Source of the DNA: an uncultured Verrucomicrobiae bacterium
GTDB lineage: Bacteria; Verrucomicrobiota; Verrucomicrobiia; Chthoniobacterales; Chthoniobacteraceae
Length of the DNA: 64,000 nucleotides
Assembly: GCA_963828525.1 (NCBI GenBank)
Contig: CAWHEP010000002.1
Coordinates: 256,001-320,000, forward strand
Direction: 5' to 3'
Position numbers and translations under genes: made by a program. Positions within the stretch are counted from its first letter, which is position 1, and every line of letters begins with the position of its first letter. Below are positions 8,689 to 19,226 of this stretch, one piece after another. The notes under the pieces are model-generated. The model saw only the letters and a list, made by a program, of their open reading frames with translations. It searched no databases and was not told the DNA's origin.

Positions 8689-11517
8689 CTATTTTGCGGG
8701 TGGCGGCTCCGCGCAAAGGATATGCACCGGACCGAGCAGACCCGAGGGCAGAAGATGCGAGCTTTGGGTGAAATGGTGAATATTGGTCTTGGTGAGCTGC
8801 TGCCCCAGCGGCAGGAAGGCGTCGCCGATCAGGCGGTTCGGCCACAGATTGGTGACCTTGATTTCTAGGAGGTTCCCGGTGGCTTTGACGACGGATGTGA
8901 CGTCGACGCGCCCCGGATGCATCCACACGGTGCCCAGATCCTGCCCGTTCAGCTTGACGGTGGCAACCTCGTGAACCTCGCCGAGATCCAGCAACAGCCT
9001 TTTATCGCCTGAAATCGCCTGAGGCAAATCAAAGGTTTGGGTATAAAGAGCCGTGCCCGAGAAATACTTCATGCCAAATTCTGGCCGTGTAGTCCAATCG
9101 ATCAGGCTTGTGAAAGTCTGCGGCTCGGACGGCCCTCCCCACTTCGGGTCGAACGCTACTTTCCATGCGCCGGTAAGCGCCCCGATCGGATGCATCGTCG
9201 GATAATTGCTCTTTGTCATTCCAGAGATTGTCGGCGCGATGGGTTTGCGAAAAACGACGAAGATCGAACCGCAGGGATCAAACTCCAGAGGGACGATGGT
9301 CTGGCCGTTCTGTTGTTGAAAGGCGGTTGCATCGCGAATCTCGCCTGTCACAGGATCCCATAGCTCCGGCTGCTTGCCGACGACACGGAACTTGCAGGTC
9401 AGTTTTTCGGCGTAATACCACCGGCTTGTCACGTAGTACCAGTCTGCCTCGGCGCTCTTGCGGTGAATCCATGCGACCTCCCCGTGGGAGCTCAGGCCCT
9501 CGTATTCGAAGTCGGGCCCAACTCCTTTGCCTTGCAAGACTTCGTCCGGTGTTTTGTCCGACACTACGCGCCCCAGTCCCACCTTGTTGTCGGACGGCGA
9601 CTGCGGATCCGCGCCCCAGAGTTGCTTCACCAGGGCGGCGAATACTTCTTCGTCACCGTCGCGAACTGGCAGGCCCGCGAGACCCGGTGGCGGAGGGCCA
9701 ACCACTGTCGCGCCCGCTTGGGCCAGGCTTGCGATCTTCCGCAATGCCTCCAGCCTCATTCTCTGCCTTGGCATGATCAGGATGCGGTAGCTCATTCCGC
9801 CAGAGGTCACGATGCTCCCGTCTTTCACCGTCGCGATGTTGTCGATGGCGGCATCGCTGGCCCGGTCGTAATCATAGCCACGGTTCAAGCCGGGGTTCAC
9901 GGCTTTGGTCGGCTGGGAAAGGCCAACGCCTTCGCCGGTATCGAAAAGGGCGTCGGCGACGAACGTGCCCGCCTGGAGCATGGCGTCGCAGCGCGCGAGG
10001 TAGGCTGCAAACGCGGGGAATTCATCCCACCAGGTGATGTTGCGATTGATCTGTGTCCCGGCGCAATAGACGACCCCGGGTTTCGCGTCCACGGACGGGG
10101 AATGACCGTAGTTGTGGATGCACGCGCGATTCATGCCGTCGCAGAAAGCCTGGTCGGCGCAGGCCTTCATCGTAAAAGGCGTCTCCTCCCACATCGGCCC
10201 CATCGAGGTGAAGGCTTCGCACATCGTCAGCTTTTTGCCGTAGAGATGATTGGACGTCGCCGCTTCCCGAGCCAGGAAACGGCGCTCCGGCGTTGGCCGA
10301 TGGATGGAAGGCATCCAAAATTCGGCCATGTCATGATCGACTTGCGCCCCGGTTAGGCTGAAATCCACCTGGTTCGTGTTTGGGCCGTCCGTCTCACTGT
10401 AGAGCGTGAGGTTGTTCTGCCGGCAGATTTCGCGCATCCGCGCGTAATAGTTATAGACGATCAGGTCGCTGATAGTCCGTTTATAGTCCTCTTTGATCCT
10501 TTGAGTCGCGGCGCTGTCGATCATCGTGACGCCCGCGAGCACCGGGAGATAAGGCATCAGATCGTAGCCCCGTCGTTTCTTGTATTCGTCCGGGAAAATC
10601 TTCGTCCACGTCGGCTGGCCGGATTCCCAACTGTCGTCCTCGACCCCGCTTAGCGCGGCGCGCTCTTCAGGCGTCATCTCCTGAAGCAGCGGGGCCATGG
10701 TCAACGCCCAGTCGTGATCGATCCCCTCCGGGCTGAGCGCGTCGCAGAACGGACCCCAGTAGTTGGCCGCGCCGGTTGGCCGCTGGACGAAGCGGAAGAT
10801 GCGCCACTTCCCTGCCGGGATCTGCCATTGCAACCGTCCCGAAGCATCCATGGTCGCCGAAAGATTTTTCGCTTCCGACAACTTTACCTGATTTGCAACG
10901 GGAACGGCAAAGACCGCGATATCCGAAAAAACCGATGCTGTGTGGGGGGAAGAAGCCCTTTTGCGCTTGGGCAGGGCGAGCGTGTCGTTGAGGCTGCCCG
11001 GGCCTTCCACATCCTTTTCCGACCAGGCCAGTTCCTGCTGACTGTACCGCGGGTCAAGTCCCGGGGCGGAGCATCCGGCCAATCCATGCGCCAGGCAGAA
11101 CACCAGGCCAAGCCTCTTGCTTTCCGAGGCAACAAAGCGGATTTCCTGCCTCCACTCTTCCGTCCATTCCGGCTGCGGCGGCAAATCATTGAGGTCGAAC
11201 TGGCCCTTGTATTCGTCGGTCGAGACTTTTTTAAATCCCTTGTCGCCCGGAACCATTTTCCCCGTCGCGAGAAACCCGTTTGCCTGGTTTCCGTAGAGGA
11301 TGAACCCAGCGATCCCTTTGGCCTTCATTTCCTCAAGGTCAATCGTGACGGCGGCATGGGTCGTGGGTGTGGACTGCCACACCCAATAGACCCACGTCGC
11401 GGCGTCCGGAGGAGGATGACGAAAGTCATCCTCGATTGACTCGGCCTTCAGGGAAGAACCCCAACAGGCGAAGAAAGCCAGCAGAATAGAAGCTCGATGA
11501 AAAAGATAAAACCGCAT
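8689..11517 (-). CDS. Secreted glycoside hydrolase, GH106-like alpha-L-rhamnosidase
   Basis: Signal peptide; DLEEMKAKGI, DSWE, YKKRRGYDL, EFW, EAFT and NLWPNRLIGD...LPSGLLGPV motifs. Confidence 0.85.
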   Translation of the reverse strand: MRFYLFHRASILLAFFACWGSSLKAESIEDDFRHPPPDAATWVYWVWQSTPTTHAAVTIDLEEMKAKGIAGFILYGNQANGFLATGKMVPGDKGFKKVSTDEYKGQFDLNDLPPQPEWTEEWRQEIRFVASESKRLGLVFCLAHGLAGCSAPGLDPRYSQQELAWSEKDVEGPGSLNDTLALPKRKRASSPHTASVFSDIAVFAVPVANQVKLSEAKNLSATMDASGRLQWQIPAGKWRIFRFVQRPTGAANYWGPFCDALSPEGIDHDWALTMAPLLQEMTPEERAALSGVEDDSWESGQPTWTKIFPDEYKKRRGYDLMPYLPVLAGVTMIDSAATQRIKEDYKRTISDLIVYNYYARMREICRQNNLTLYSETDGPNTNQVDFSLTGAQVDHDMAEFWMPSIHRPTPERRFLAREAATSNHLYGKKLTMCEAFTSMGPMWEETPFTMKACADQAFCDGMNRACIHNYGHSPSVDAKPGVVYCAGTQINRNITWWDEFPAFAAYLARCDAMLQAGTFVADALFDTGEGVGLSQPTKAVNPGLNRGYDYDRASDAAIDNIATVKDGSIVTSGGMSYRILIMPRQRMRLEALRKIASLAQAGATVVGPPPPGLAGLPVRDGDEEVFAALVKQLWGADPQSPSDNKVGLGRVVSDKTPDEVLQGKGVGPDFEYEGLSSHGEVAWIHRKSAEADWYYVTSRWYYAEKLTCKFRVVGKQPELWDPVTGEIRDATAFQQQNGQTIVPLEFDPCGSIFVVFRKPIAPTISGMTKSNYPTMHPIGALTGAWKVAFDPKWGGPSEPQTFTSLIDWTTRPEFGMKYFSGTALYTQTFDLPQAISGDKRLLLDLGEVHEVATVKLNGQDLGTVWMHPGRVDVTSVVKATGNLLEIKVTNLWPNRLIGDAFLPLGQQLTKTNIHHFTQSSHLLPSGLLGPVHILCAEPPPAK

Positions 11518-11717
11518 TAGCTTTTGACGCTCTTCTCTCGGGGGGCGCGGAGGGGTTTCCAGTTTATCGGCTAGGTTGGATTTTGGAAGGAGTGATTAGT
11601 TCTCCCGCGCGTTTTGCCGTGCTGCGGCATAACACAATCTCGACTTCCATTCGACACTCAGAGTAGCATGCTCTTCGGTGTCATCGATTATGAGGCAACG
11701 AATCACCCCATCCCCCT

Positions 11718-13847
11718 ATGACCCAGGCTCGTTGCTCAAGTTTATTTCTCCTGATCACCGTTTTAGCGCTCGGACCTCTGACCAGCGGATCGGCAGCCAC
11801 GCGCCTTGATCAAGAACTGCCCGATCGTTGGAAATTTACCAAGGCTGACGCGGGACTGACCGCGGCCACGGATAGCTGGGAGGCGGTCACGCTTCCCCAT
11901 ACCTGGAACACCGTGAGTGCAGATCAGGGAGATCATAAGAAAGATCCTCATTACAAAAACGGTTATTACCGAGGCCCCTGCTGGTATGTCCGGACCATTG
12001 AAGCTCCCGCCGCCTGGCAGGGGAAAAGAGTTTTCCTTCGTTTCGAGGCCGCTTCACTCGTCGCGAGGGCCTACCTGAATGGGCAGGAACTCGGGGAACA
12101 TCGCGGCGGGTTCACCGCTTTTTGCTATGAATTGACGCCCCATCTCCATCCGGGAGCCAACGAACTCCGCGTTCAGGTCGATAACTCTGGGCAAAAGGAC
12201 GTCCCGCCTTTGGGTGGAGATTTTAACGTCGATGGAGGCCTTTACCGCCCGGTCCATCTCCTCGTCACGAATCCGGTCTGCATCTCTCCCCTCGATATGG
12301 CCTCCCCGGGCGTCTACCTCACGACGAAATCGCTGAACGGTTCCGCCGCGCGAATAGAAGTCAGGGCTCTGGTTTCCAACGGTAAAACCAGCCCGGTTCA
12401 GGTGCAGGTCAAAACCGATATTGTTGACGCCAGCGGGGCAACCGTGGCCACAGGACGTGAACCCGCCTCCGTTGGCGCGGGTATGACATTGCCGGTGGCT
12501 CTCACTTTGAACGTCCCTTCTCCCCACCTCTGGAACGGACGCAAGTATCCCTATCTTTACACAGCGAAAGTCTCCGTGCTGGAGGGCGCCGTGACTTCCG
12601 ACTCCGTTGATCAACCACTTGGCATTCGCGCGGTTGAGATCACCGAACAAAAGGGCTTTCTCCTCAACGGCCAGTCCTACCCGATCCACGGCGTGAATCG
12701 GCACCAGGACTGGGGAGACCAAGGCTGGGCAGCCAGCGCGGCCAACTATGAGGAGGATGCGCGGATCATGTTGGACATGGGGGTGACCGCTGTCCGCCTC
12801 GCCCATTATCCACAGAGTGATTACCTGCACGGGCTGTGCGACCACAATGGCATTCTCCTTTGGAACGAAATTCCGCTCGTGAATCTTATCTCCAACAAGC
12901 CCGAGTTTGCCGCCAACGCCGAGCAGCAGCTTCGCGAAATGATCCTCCAGCGTTACAACCATCCCAGCGTCGCCTTTTGGGGACTCTTCAATGAGCTGGG
13001 CTTGAGCACAACCGTCCCGCCTGATGCCCTGCTGCAACATCTCAAGGCGGTCGTGCAAGAACTGGACCCGTCGCGCCTTGTTGTGTGCGCCATTTACAAG
13101 GCAAACGCCACCTATAACCAGATTGCGGACCATCCCTGTTTCAACCGATATCCAGGTTGGTACGCGGGGATCGACAAGTTCGACGCCGACATCAAAAAGG
13201 ACTCCGCCGAAGTAGGCAAGCGCATTGCTTATAGTGAATATGGAGCTGGCGCCAATCCCGCTCCCGACCAGCAACAGGAGGGCCCCTTGACTCAAAAACG
13301 CGGGGGCCACCTCCACTCAGAACAATGGCAGGTCCACGTCCATGAGGTTATATGGGGTCAATTCAAGGACAACCCGCTCCTCTGGGGCTCGTTCGCCTGG
13401 TGCATGTTCGATTTCCAATCCGCCCGCCGTCACGAGGGAGGCTTTACCGGTGTCAATGACAAGGGACTGGTCACGGAAGATCGTAAGATTAAGAAAGACG
13501 CCTACTTTTTCTATCAAGCAAATTGGACCGATAAACCGATGATCCACATCGCCTCCAGGCGTTTGACTCCGCGACGGAATCCAGTCACCGAGATTGAAGT
13601 CTTCTCAAATTGCGGCCAGGTGCAACTGTCCCTGAATGGCAAGATGCTGCCCTCGGTCTCCCCGGATAATGTCAGAGTTTTCCGATGGTCTGATGTGACG
13701 CTTCAATCTGGAACCAACAACATTGTGGCCAAGGCCGTGTCTAATCAGGAGCGGCTCACCGACTCCTGCCAATGGGTGGTTGATCCAAATGCCGCCCCCG
13801 CGGCTCCTGCTGCAAAACCGGCGGAGCCGTTGGCGCCTCTACAATAA
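11718..13847 (+). CDS. Secreted GH2 beta-galactosidase/glucuronidase
   Basis: LPHTWN, HRGGFTAF, GGLYRPV, GVNRHQD, RLAHYP, WGLFNE and SEYGA motifs. Confidence 0.92.
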   Translation: MTQARCSSLFLLITVLALGPLTSGSAATRLDQELPDRWKFTKADAGLTAATDSWEAVTLPHTWNTVSADQGDHKKDPHYKNGYYRGPCWYVRTIEAPAAWQGKRVFLRFEAASLVARAYLNGQELGEHRGGFTAFCYELTPHLHPGANELRVQVDNSGQKDVPPLGGDFNVDGGLYRPVHLLVTNPVCISPLDMASPGVYLTTKSLNGSAARIEVRALVSNGKTSPVQVQVKTDIVDASGATVATGREPASVGAGMTLPVALTLNVPSPHLWNGRKYPYLYTAKVSVLEGAVTSDSVDQPLGIRAVEITEQKGFLLNGQSYPIHGVNRHQDWGDQGWAASAANYEEDARIMLDMGVTAVRLAHYPQSDYLHGLCDHNGILLWNEIPLVNLISNKPEFAANAEQQLREMILQRYNHPSVAFWGLFNELGLSTTVPPDALLQHLKAVVQELDPSRLVVCAIYKANATYNQIADHPCFNRYPGWYAGIDKFDADIKKDSAEVGKRIAYSEYGAGANPAPDQQQEGPLTQKRGGHLHSEQWQVHVHEVIWGQFKDNPLLWGSFAWCMFDFQSARRHEGGFTGVNDKGLVTEDRKIKKDAYFFYQANWTDKPMIHIASRRLTPRRNPVTEIEVFSNCGQVQLSLNGKMLPSVSPDNVRVFRWSDVTLQSGTNNIVAKAVSNQERLTDSCQWVVDPNAAPAAPAAKPAEPLAPLQ

Positions 13848-14123
13848 AGCGTTTTAGGCTGTTTTGCTCTTGCCTCCACGCCAGTGGAAGCCTTAGCAAA
13901 GTTCACTGGGCCAGGAGTTCACCTCTATCGCAATATGGAGCAAGGCCAATCGTATGAGGCTCTTAAACGCTTAAACACTTACTCCTTAAGTCCCACGAAA
14001 ACCTGCCTACAACAAATTGAGGGTTTGTGCTTCACAACCTCACGAACCGAGCGTCGGAGATTCGAGCGGACGTGGTTAAGTCCGTTGAGGCAGCTCAACA
14101 AACGCGAACCGTTATTCCAAGAT

Positions 14124-15149
14124 TCATTTCACCGGGATTGTGTCGCGTTGGTGGTCAGGGATCATCAGCGATTGACCAATGCCTAACCCATTTTCAACCT
14201 CGTCTCCATGCGCATCCATAAGGTGAACAAGCTTCAGGCCGGCGGGCTGAAGAATAAACCGTGCTATAAAGAAGCGACTGAGATTCACCTTCAAGATCAT
14301 CCGTAACTCAGAGGTGTCTCCCGAACGCAGACCAGATTCCTGCTCGACAGTGGTATCGACAACTGCGCATCGCCACCCAGTGTTCATCAACCCTGCTCCA
14401 GCCAGGGCTCCATTATCCTTAAACCAGTAATAACTTACACTTCCGTGTCCAGGATACATTTGAATATGCTGGTTTAGAAGAACGAAGACATATTTCTCTC
14501 CGGATGCTCCAATAACCGGCTTCATCAGGATGGGATTCAATCGATCAGCCATTGGAAACACGTTCTGAAGTGACGCTTTTTGCCTGACCTTCCAATCTGT
14601 CTCATAATTGGTGGGATTTGTCAGCAGCGCATCGAAATCCGCAGCCCATCTGGGCATGTCCGCGTTGGCCCTGTGGGTGCCACCATCATAAACGGCATGC
14701 AGAAGCTCCGACGGCGTTCTAAAATCAACGGTCTTCCATGCGAGGTCTAGGGTGATCACCTTGGCTGCATAATCAAGAGACCATTTCAGCGAAAGACCCT
14801 CGAGCGTATCGTCAAGATACTTTCTGACCTCCTGTTCCGATTCAAGTGGCCCCAATCCGCTCCTGGTGGCGATACTTCTGGAAAGCCAAACGGTTTCCAT
14901 GAAATCGGCGATGTCTTTTGGACAAGAGACTCTGCACCGGGTTTGCTGTTCGATCTGGTGAGTTACGCCCCTAAATGTTTCGTGTACAAAAGTGGCCGCG
15001 GGGTTTGCCACAACGTTTGCTAATGCAGGAGCGGCGCCCACTATCAGGACGAGACACAACATCAGGCTTATCAGCTCCGACGGAGTACAAGCGCCCGAAC
15101 AGCATGTTTTCATTCTTGCCACGCTGAACACCGGTTCTATTGAAGACAA
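14124..15149 (-). CDS. Hypothetical, probably exported protein (lower GC; true start uncertain)
   Basis: 341-aa ORF with a hydrophobic N-terminal segment. No family recognised. Confidence 0.5.
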   Translation of the reverse strand: MSSIEPVFSVARMKTCCSGACTPSELISLMLCLVLIVGAAPALANVVANPAATFVHETFRGVTHQIEQQTRCRVSCPKDIADFMETVWLSRSIATRSGLGPLESEQEVRKYLDDTLEGLSLKWSLDYAAKVITLDLAWKTVDFRTPSELLHAVYDGGTHRANADMPRWAADFDALLTNPTNYETDWKVRQKASLQNVFPMADRLNPILMKPVIGASGEKYVFVLLNQHIQMYPGHGSVSYYWFKDNGALAGAGLMNTGWRCAVVDTTVEQESGLRSGDTSELRMILKVNLSRFFIARFILQPAGLKLVHLMDAHGDEVENGLGIGQSLMIPDHQRDTIPVK

Positions 15150-15310
15150 GCCGATAAAATCCCCAAGCTCGTGTAAACCAGACGCCGAACACCGAATACG
15201 ACCCTGAGTTTCCTTGCCCTCGCAAATCCGAACCCCATCGCGATCAGGACCCCTTATGTTTCGTGAAAATAACTCAAGGGTTTCGGATGGCAGCGGGGTT
15301 AAAGTCTAAT

Positions 15311-15649
15311 GTGAACCAGATCGACTCAGATGATGAGGCCTTGAAAGGCAACCTGCGCGCATGGCAGGTTGCGCCCGCCATTCCGCCCTGTTTTCAACGC
15401 GAAGTCTGGCAACGGATCGAAGCTCGCGATGCAGAACGGCGAAATTCGCCATGGCTACAGATCGTTCGCCGGTTCTTTGCCGGACTGGCCACGCCACGCT
15501 ACGCGACCGCGACACTTTCTGTTGCCGCCATAGTCGGTGTCGGCATGGCGCGTCTCCAGGCAAGCGACGAAAACGCGAGGCACTGGCAGAGCCTCCAAAC
15601 ACGATACGTAGATTCCATTGACCCCATCGAGCACATATCCACGCGCTGA
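15311..15649 (+). CDS. Single-TM anti-sigma-like protein (CnrY-like)
   Basis: LRAWQV...FQREVWQRI, one TM segment, YVDSIDP tail. Lies upstream of a metal sensor and RND genes. Confidence 0.6.
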   Translation: MNQIDSDDEALKGNLRAWQVAPAIPPCFQREVWQRIEARDAERRNSPWLQIVRRFFAGLATPRYATATLSVAAIVGVGMARLQASDENARHWQSLQTRYVDSIDPIEHISTR

Positions 15650-15653
15650 ACCG

Positions 15654-16130
15654 GTGCTGAGAGGCATCTTCGTCTTGCTGGCCGCGCTTCTAATGTGCGC
15701 GCTGGCTTTCGGCGCTTATCGCTGGCGCGCGACAATGCCGACTGAACGGCTGCTTTCCAAAGCGGGCGGTGAAATGGATTGGCTCCGCATGGAGTTTAAC
15801 CTCACTGACGCCCAATTTGCGAAAATCAAGGCGATGCACGAAGCTTACGCGTCAAAGTGCGGATTGATGTGTCAGAAAATCTCCGAGGCAAATGCAAGGG
15901 TCGGCCAGCTCGTTAAGGCGAACAAGAACATGACTCTCGAAACCGAATCCGCGCTTAAAGATGCCTGGGCCGCGCAAGGCGAATGCCGGCAGGCAATGCT
16001 GGCGCATGTCTATGCCGTCAGCGCCGAGATGAGCCCGGAGGCCGGCGCCCGTCATTTGCGAATGATGACTCCAAGAATCATCGAGCCGGGGCTGGATCAC
16101 AGCGCGGTGGTATCTAGGGAAGCCAAATGA
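15654..16130 (+). CDS. Periplasmic heavy-metal sensor (CnrX/Spy-CpxP-like)
   Basis: N-terminal TM, WLRMEFNLTDAQF, MH...C...MC and AHVYAVSAEMSPE motifs. Confidence 0.7.
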   Translation: MLRGIFVLLAALLMCALAFGAYRWRATMPTERLLSKAGGEMDWLRMEFNLTDAQFAKIKAMHEAYASKCGLMCQKISEANARVGQLVKANKNMTLETESALKDAWAAQGECRQAMLAHVYAVSAEMSPEAGARHLRMMTPRIIEPGLDHSAVVSREAK

Positions 16131-16546
16131 GCGGATTACTTGGTATCAGGATCAAACGCGCCGCCCGCCATTTGGCCAGAGCCGCCATGATCCTTGCGTT
16201 TATCGCTGCCGCGCTGGGTATCGTCTCTGCTCCAGCGGCGCTGGCTGCCAACTGCTGCGGCAACGCGGGCTCACCTGTCGTCCCGGTGAAGATGTGCCAA
16301 AAGCACTGCTGCGCGGACATGGCGTGTTGCGTAAAGACCGCCAGCCACCCGCAGGCCCGTCACGCGCAACAATTGCCGTCGCGTCGCGTGGGACAGGAGC
16401 TGGCGTTCACGTTGGTTCGCTTTTCCGTTCCATACTGTGTAACGCGCCTCGAAACGCAGACGGAGCCTCCCGTCCCACTGGCATGGCGCGTACACCCTCG
16501 CGCCGCTGCAGCTAAGCGGCGTTTTCTTGATCTGAGCGGCGGATAG
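16127..16546 (+). CDS. Small Cys-rich exported protein
   Basis: Signal-like N-terminus, CC...CxxxCC...CC, located directly upstream of the RND genes. Confidence 0.45.
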   Translation: MSGLLGIRIKRAARHLARAAMILAFIAAALGIVSAPAALAANCCGNAGSPVVPVKMCQKHCCADMACCVKTASHPQARHAQQLPSRRVGQELAFTLVRFSVPYCVTRLETQTEPPVPLAWRVHPRAAAAKRRFLDLSGG

Positions 16547-16611
16547 TCACGGGCGAAGTGTGCCTCTCCAGGCCGTTCGCTCTTCACTTTCCCGATTCCC
16601 GCTCATGATCA

Positions 16612-17934
16612 ATGAAAACAACAACTCATCTTCTTTTTTACATCTTAATTCTCGCCTCGCCGGCTATGGCTGAGCATGCGGCTCATGGCGGTGGCGCCCA
16701 AACTCTGGAGGAGCCCCTGTCGCTCGCGAAGGTGTGCGCCTCCGTGCTGGCCAACAACCCGGCGATTAAGGAGGCGTTGACCAAGTGGGACGCCATGAAG
16801 GCTCGCGTCCCGCAGGAGGCGTCCTGGGACGATCCCAAGATCAGCGCGAGTTCACGCTTCGCTCGGTTCATCGACATCCAGCCGAACGCGTTCATGGATC
16901 AATCCCTCGCGCTCGAACAGATGATTCCGATCTCAGGAAAAAATCGTTCCCGCGCCCGAGTGGCAGTTGCAGAGGCGCTTTCGGCATTCCAGGAAGCTCG
17001 GCGTCAGGAATTGGATGTCCTGGCAAAGACGCGGAGCGCCTACTTTCGACTGGCGAACAGCTATGCCCAGATTGAGTTGAACCGCAAGAATATGGTTTCG
17101 CTCAAGGAGCTTGAGGATATCACCCGCTCCAAATACGAAGTCGGCAATCAGGGTGCGGCAGATGTGCTGGTCGCCGAGACCGATACAAGCAAGCTGCTCG
17201 AAACGGGTCGCGACCTTGAACAGTCTGTCGCAGCCGGACAGTCGCAACTCAATGTCCTGATGAATCGCGACGCGTTCGTCCCACTTGGCCGACCCGCCTC
17301 CGCGCCAATCAAGCCGGTCAACCTATCTATCGACCGGCTCCGCGAACTCACGCTCGCCAATCGACCGGAGGTTCTGATGGCGTTGGCTAAAGTCAGCGCG
17401 GCAAAAGCCAGTTTGGAATTGGCGCGCCGCCAATGGATTCCCGATCCCTCCATCAGCGTGGAGGGACAACGCTATAACGGCGCCGCGCAGGCGGTGAGTG
17501 AACTGGACGCCGGCATCTCATTCAGCGTGCCGTGGGTGAACTACAGGAAATATTCCGCGGCCGTCCGCGAGGCCAACGACAATCTCGCCGCCGCCCGGCA
17601 AGCGTTGGAAGGCGCGCGGAAAGAAGCGGTGGGGATGCTGCGAAACGCCCTGCAAAAGGCGGAGACCGCCCATCATCACGTTGAGCTTTTCCAGGATAAA
17701 TTGCTGCCGCAGGCGCGCTCGGCTTTTGAAGCAAGCCAGACCTCGTATCAATCCGGAAAAGGGGGATTTTTGGAATGGATCACCGCGCAGCGCAACATCC
17801 GCGACCTGGAATCGATGGGTCGCGAACACCTCTCAGATTACCAGACAGCGGTCGCGGAATTGGAATCCGTTGTTGGAACCGACCTGAAGCTTTTCACACC
17901 GTTCGATCACCAAACGAACTCGACATCCAAATGA
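16612..17934 (+). CDS. TolC/CusC-like outer membrane efflux protein
   Basis: Signal peptide, helical OEP repeats, precedes the MFP and RND genes. Confidence 0.9.
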   Translation: MKTTTHLLFYILILASPAMAEHAAHGGGAQTLEEPLSLAKVCASVLANNPAIKEALTKWDAMKARVPQEASWDDPKISASSRFARFIDIQPNAFMDQSLALEQMIPISGKNRSRARVAVAEALSAFQEARRQELDVLAKTRSAYFRLANSYAQIELNRKNMVSLKELEDITRSKYEVGNQGAADVLVAETDTSKLLETGRDLEQSVAAGQSQLNVLMNRDAFVPLGRPASAPIKPVNLSIDRLRELTLANRPEVLMALAKVSAAKASLELARRQWIPDPSISVEGQRYNGAAQAVSELDAGISFSVPWVNYRKYSAAVREANDNLAAARQALEGARKEAVGMLRNALQKAETAHHHVELFQDKLLPQARSAFEASQTSYQSGKGGFLEWITAQRNIRDLESMGREHLSDYQTAVAELESVVGTDLKLFTPFDHQTNSTSK

Positions 17935-19226
17935 AAAATCTTGCGCGCAATCTATTGCTCATCGCCCTCCTCTTTGGTTTTGCGGCCTGTGTCAAAAAGA
18001 GCGTCAGCGGAGGCAAACCCGCCAACGTCGATTACTACACATGCACGATGCACCCCTCGGTGAAATCCCAGGATCCCGACGGGAAATGCCCGATTTGCTC
18101 CATGGATCTCGTGCCGGTAATGAAACGTGGCAGTGACGGAAGCGGCGGCGCAAAGAGCGCGCAGCCGATGGCTGAAATGGAGGCGCGGGACGCGAAGCCA
18201 AATGAGTTTTTCGTCGCGGTCGAGCGGCAGCAGCAGATCGGCGTGACCTACGCCACCGTCGAACGAAGGCCGCTCCATCGCGTCATCCGCGCGGTGGGCA
18301 CGATCGCGCCGGACGTCTCCCGCGACTGGCAATTCGTCGCGCGTGTGGATGGCTACGTTCAGAAACTCTACGTAACGTCGCCCGGCCAGATGGTCGAAAA
18401 GGATGCGCCGCTGATGTCGATCTACAGCCCCGACCTGCTTACGAGTGAGCGCGAGCTCGCGCAATTGCTCCACTCGCGCGACAACGCGGCGGTCGGCGAA
18501 GCGCGCGACATGACAGCCAAATTGATCCAGGCGGCGGAGAGCCGGCTGCGCCAGTGGAATATGACCGACGCGCAAATTGCTGTCCTCGAGAAATCAAGGA
18601 CACCAAGCGAAAATCTTACATTGCTTTCCCCTTTTCGCGGCTTTGTCCAGTCCGTCCCAGTGACACAGGGAAAGGCGGTCAAAGTCGGCGATGCGCTTGC
18701 TGAGGTTGTCGATCTTTCCGTTGTTTGGGTATGGGCGCAATTTTACGAGGAAGAGCTTTCCGCGCTCAAGGAAGGACAGAAAGTGATCGTCACAGTCAAC
18801 GCTTATCCGGGCGAACATTTTGCAGGAGAAATCGCGCTCATCAGTCCCTTTGTGGACGAGATGAAACGCACCTCCCGGGCGCGCATCGATATACCGAACC
18901 CGGAGTTCAAGCTGCATCCCGGCATGTACTCCGACGTGAAACTCGGGATCAACATGGGCGAAGGTCTCACCATTCCGGTGAGCGCCGTAATGCCCACGGG
19001 AGAGCGCGACATTGCCTTCGTGGATAAGGGCGAGGGGAAACTCGAACCGCGAATCCTGCAGCTGGCTGGCAAGTTCGGTGATCTCTACGAAGTCCGGGAG
19101 GGCCTCAAAGAAGGCGAGCGTGTCGTAGCGAGCGCCAATTTCCTGATCGACGCGGAATCCAAAATACAGGGCGCGTTGAAAGACTTTGAGGAGCCCGTTG
19201 CCGCCAAGCCGACGGGAGCACAATGA
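17931..19226 (+). CDS. cusB: CusB-like RND periplasmic adaptor with heavy-metal binding domain
   Basis: Lipoprotein signal, YTCTMHP...KCPICSMDLVP, IYSPDL and ANFLIDAES motifs. Confidence 0.9.
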   Translation: MKNLARNLLLIALLFGFAACVKKSVSGGKPANVDYYTCTMHPSVKSQDPDGKCPICSMDLVPVMKRGSDGSGGAKSAQPMAEMEARDAKPNEFFVAVERQQQIGVTYATVERRPLHRVIRAVGTIAPDVSRDWQFVARVDGYVQKLYVTSPGQMVEKDAPLMSIYSPDLLTSERELAQLLHSRDNAAVGEARDMTAKLIQAAESRLRQWNMTDAQIAVLEKSRTPSENLTLLSPFRGFVQSVPVTQGKAVKVGDALAEVVDLSVVWVWAQFYEEELSALKEGQKVIVTVNAYPGEHFAGEIALISPFVDEMKRTSRARIDIPNPEFKLHPGMYSDVKLGINMGEGLTIPVSAVMPTGERDIAFVDKGEGKLEPRILQLAGKFGDLYEVREGLKEGERVVASANFLIDAESKIQGALKDFEEPVAAKPTGAQ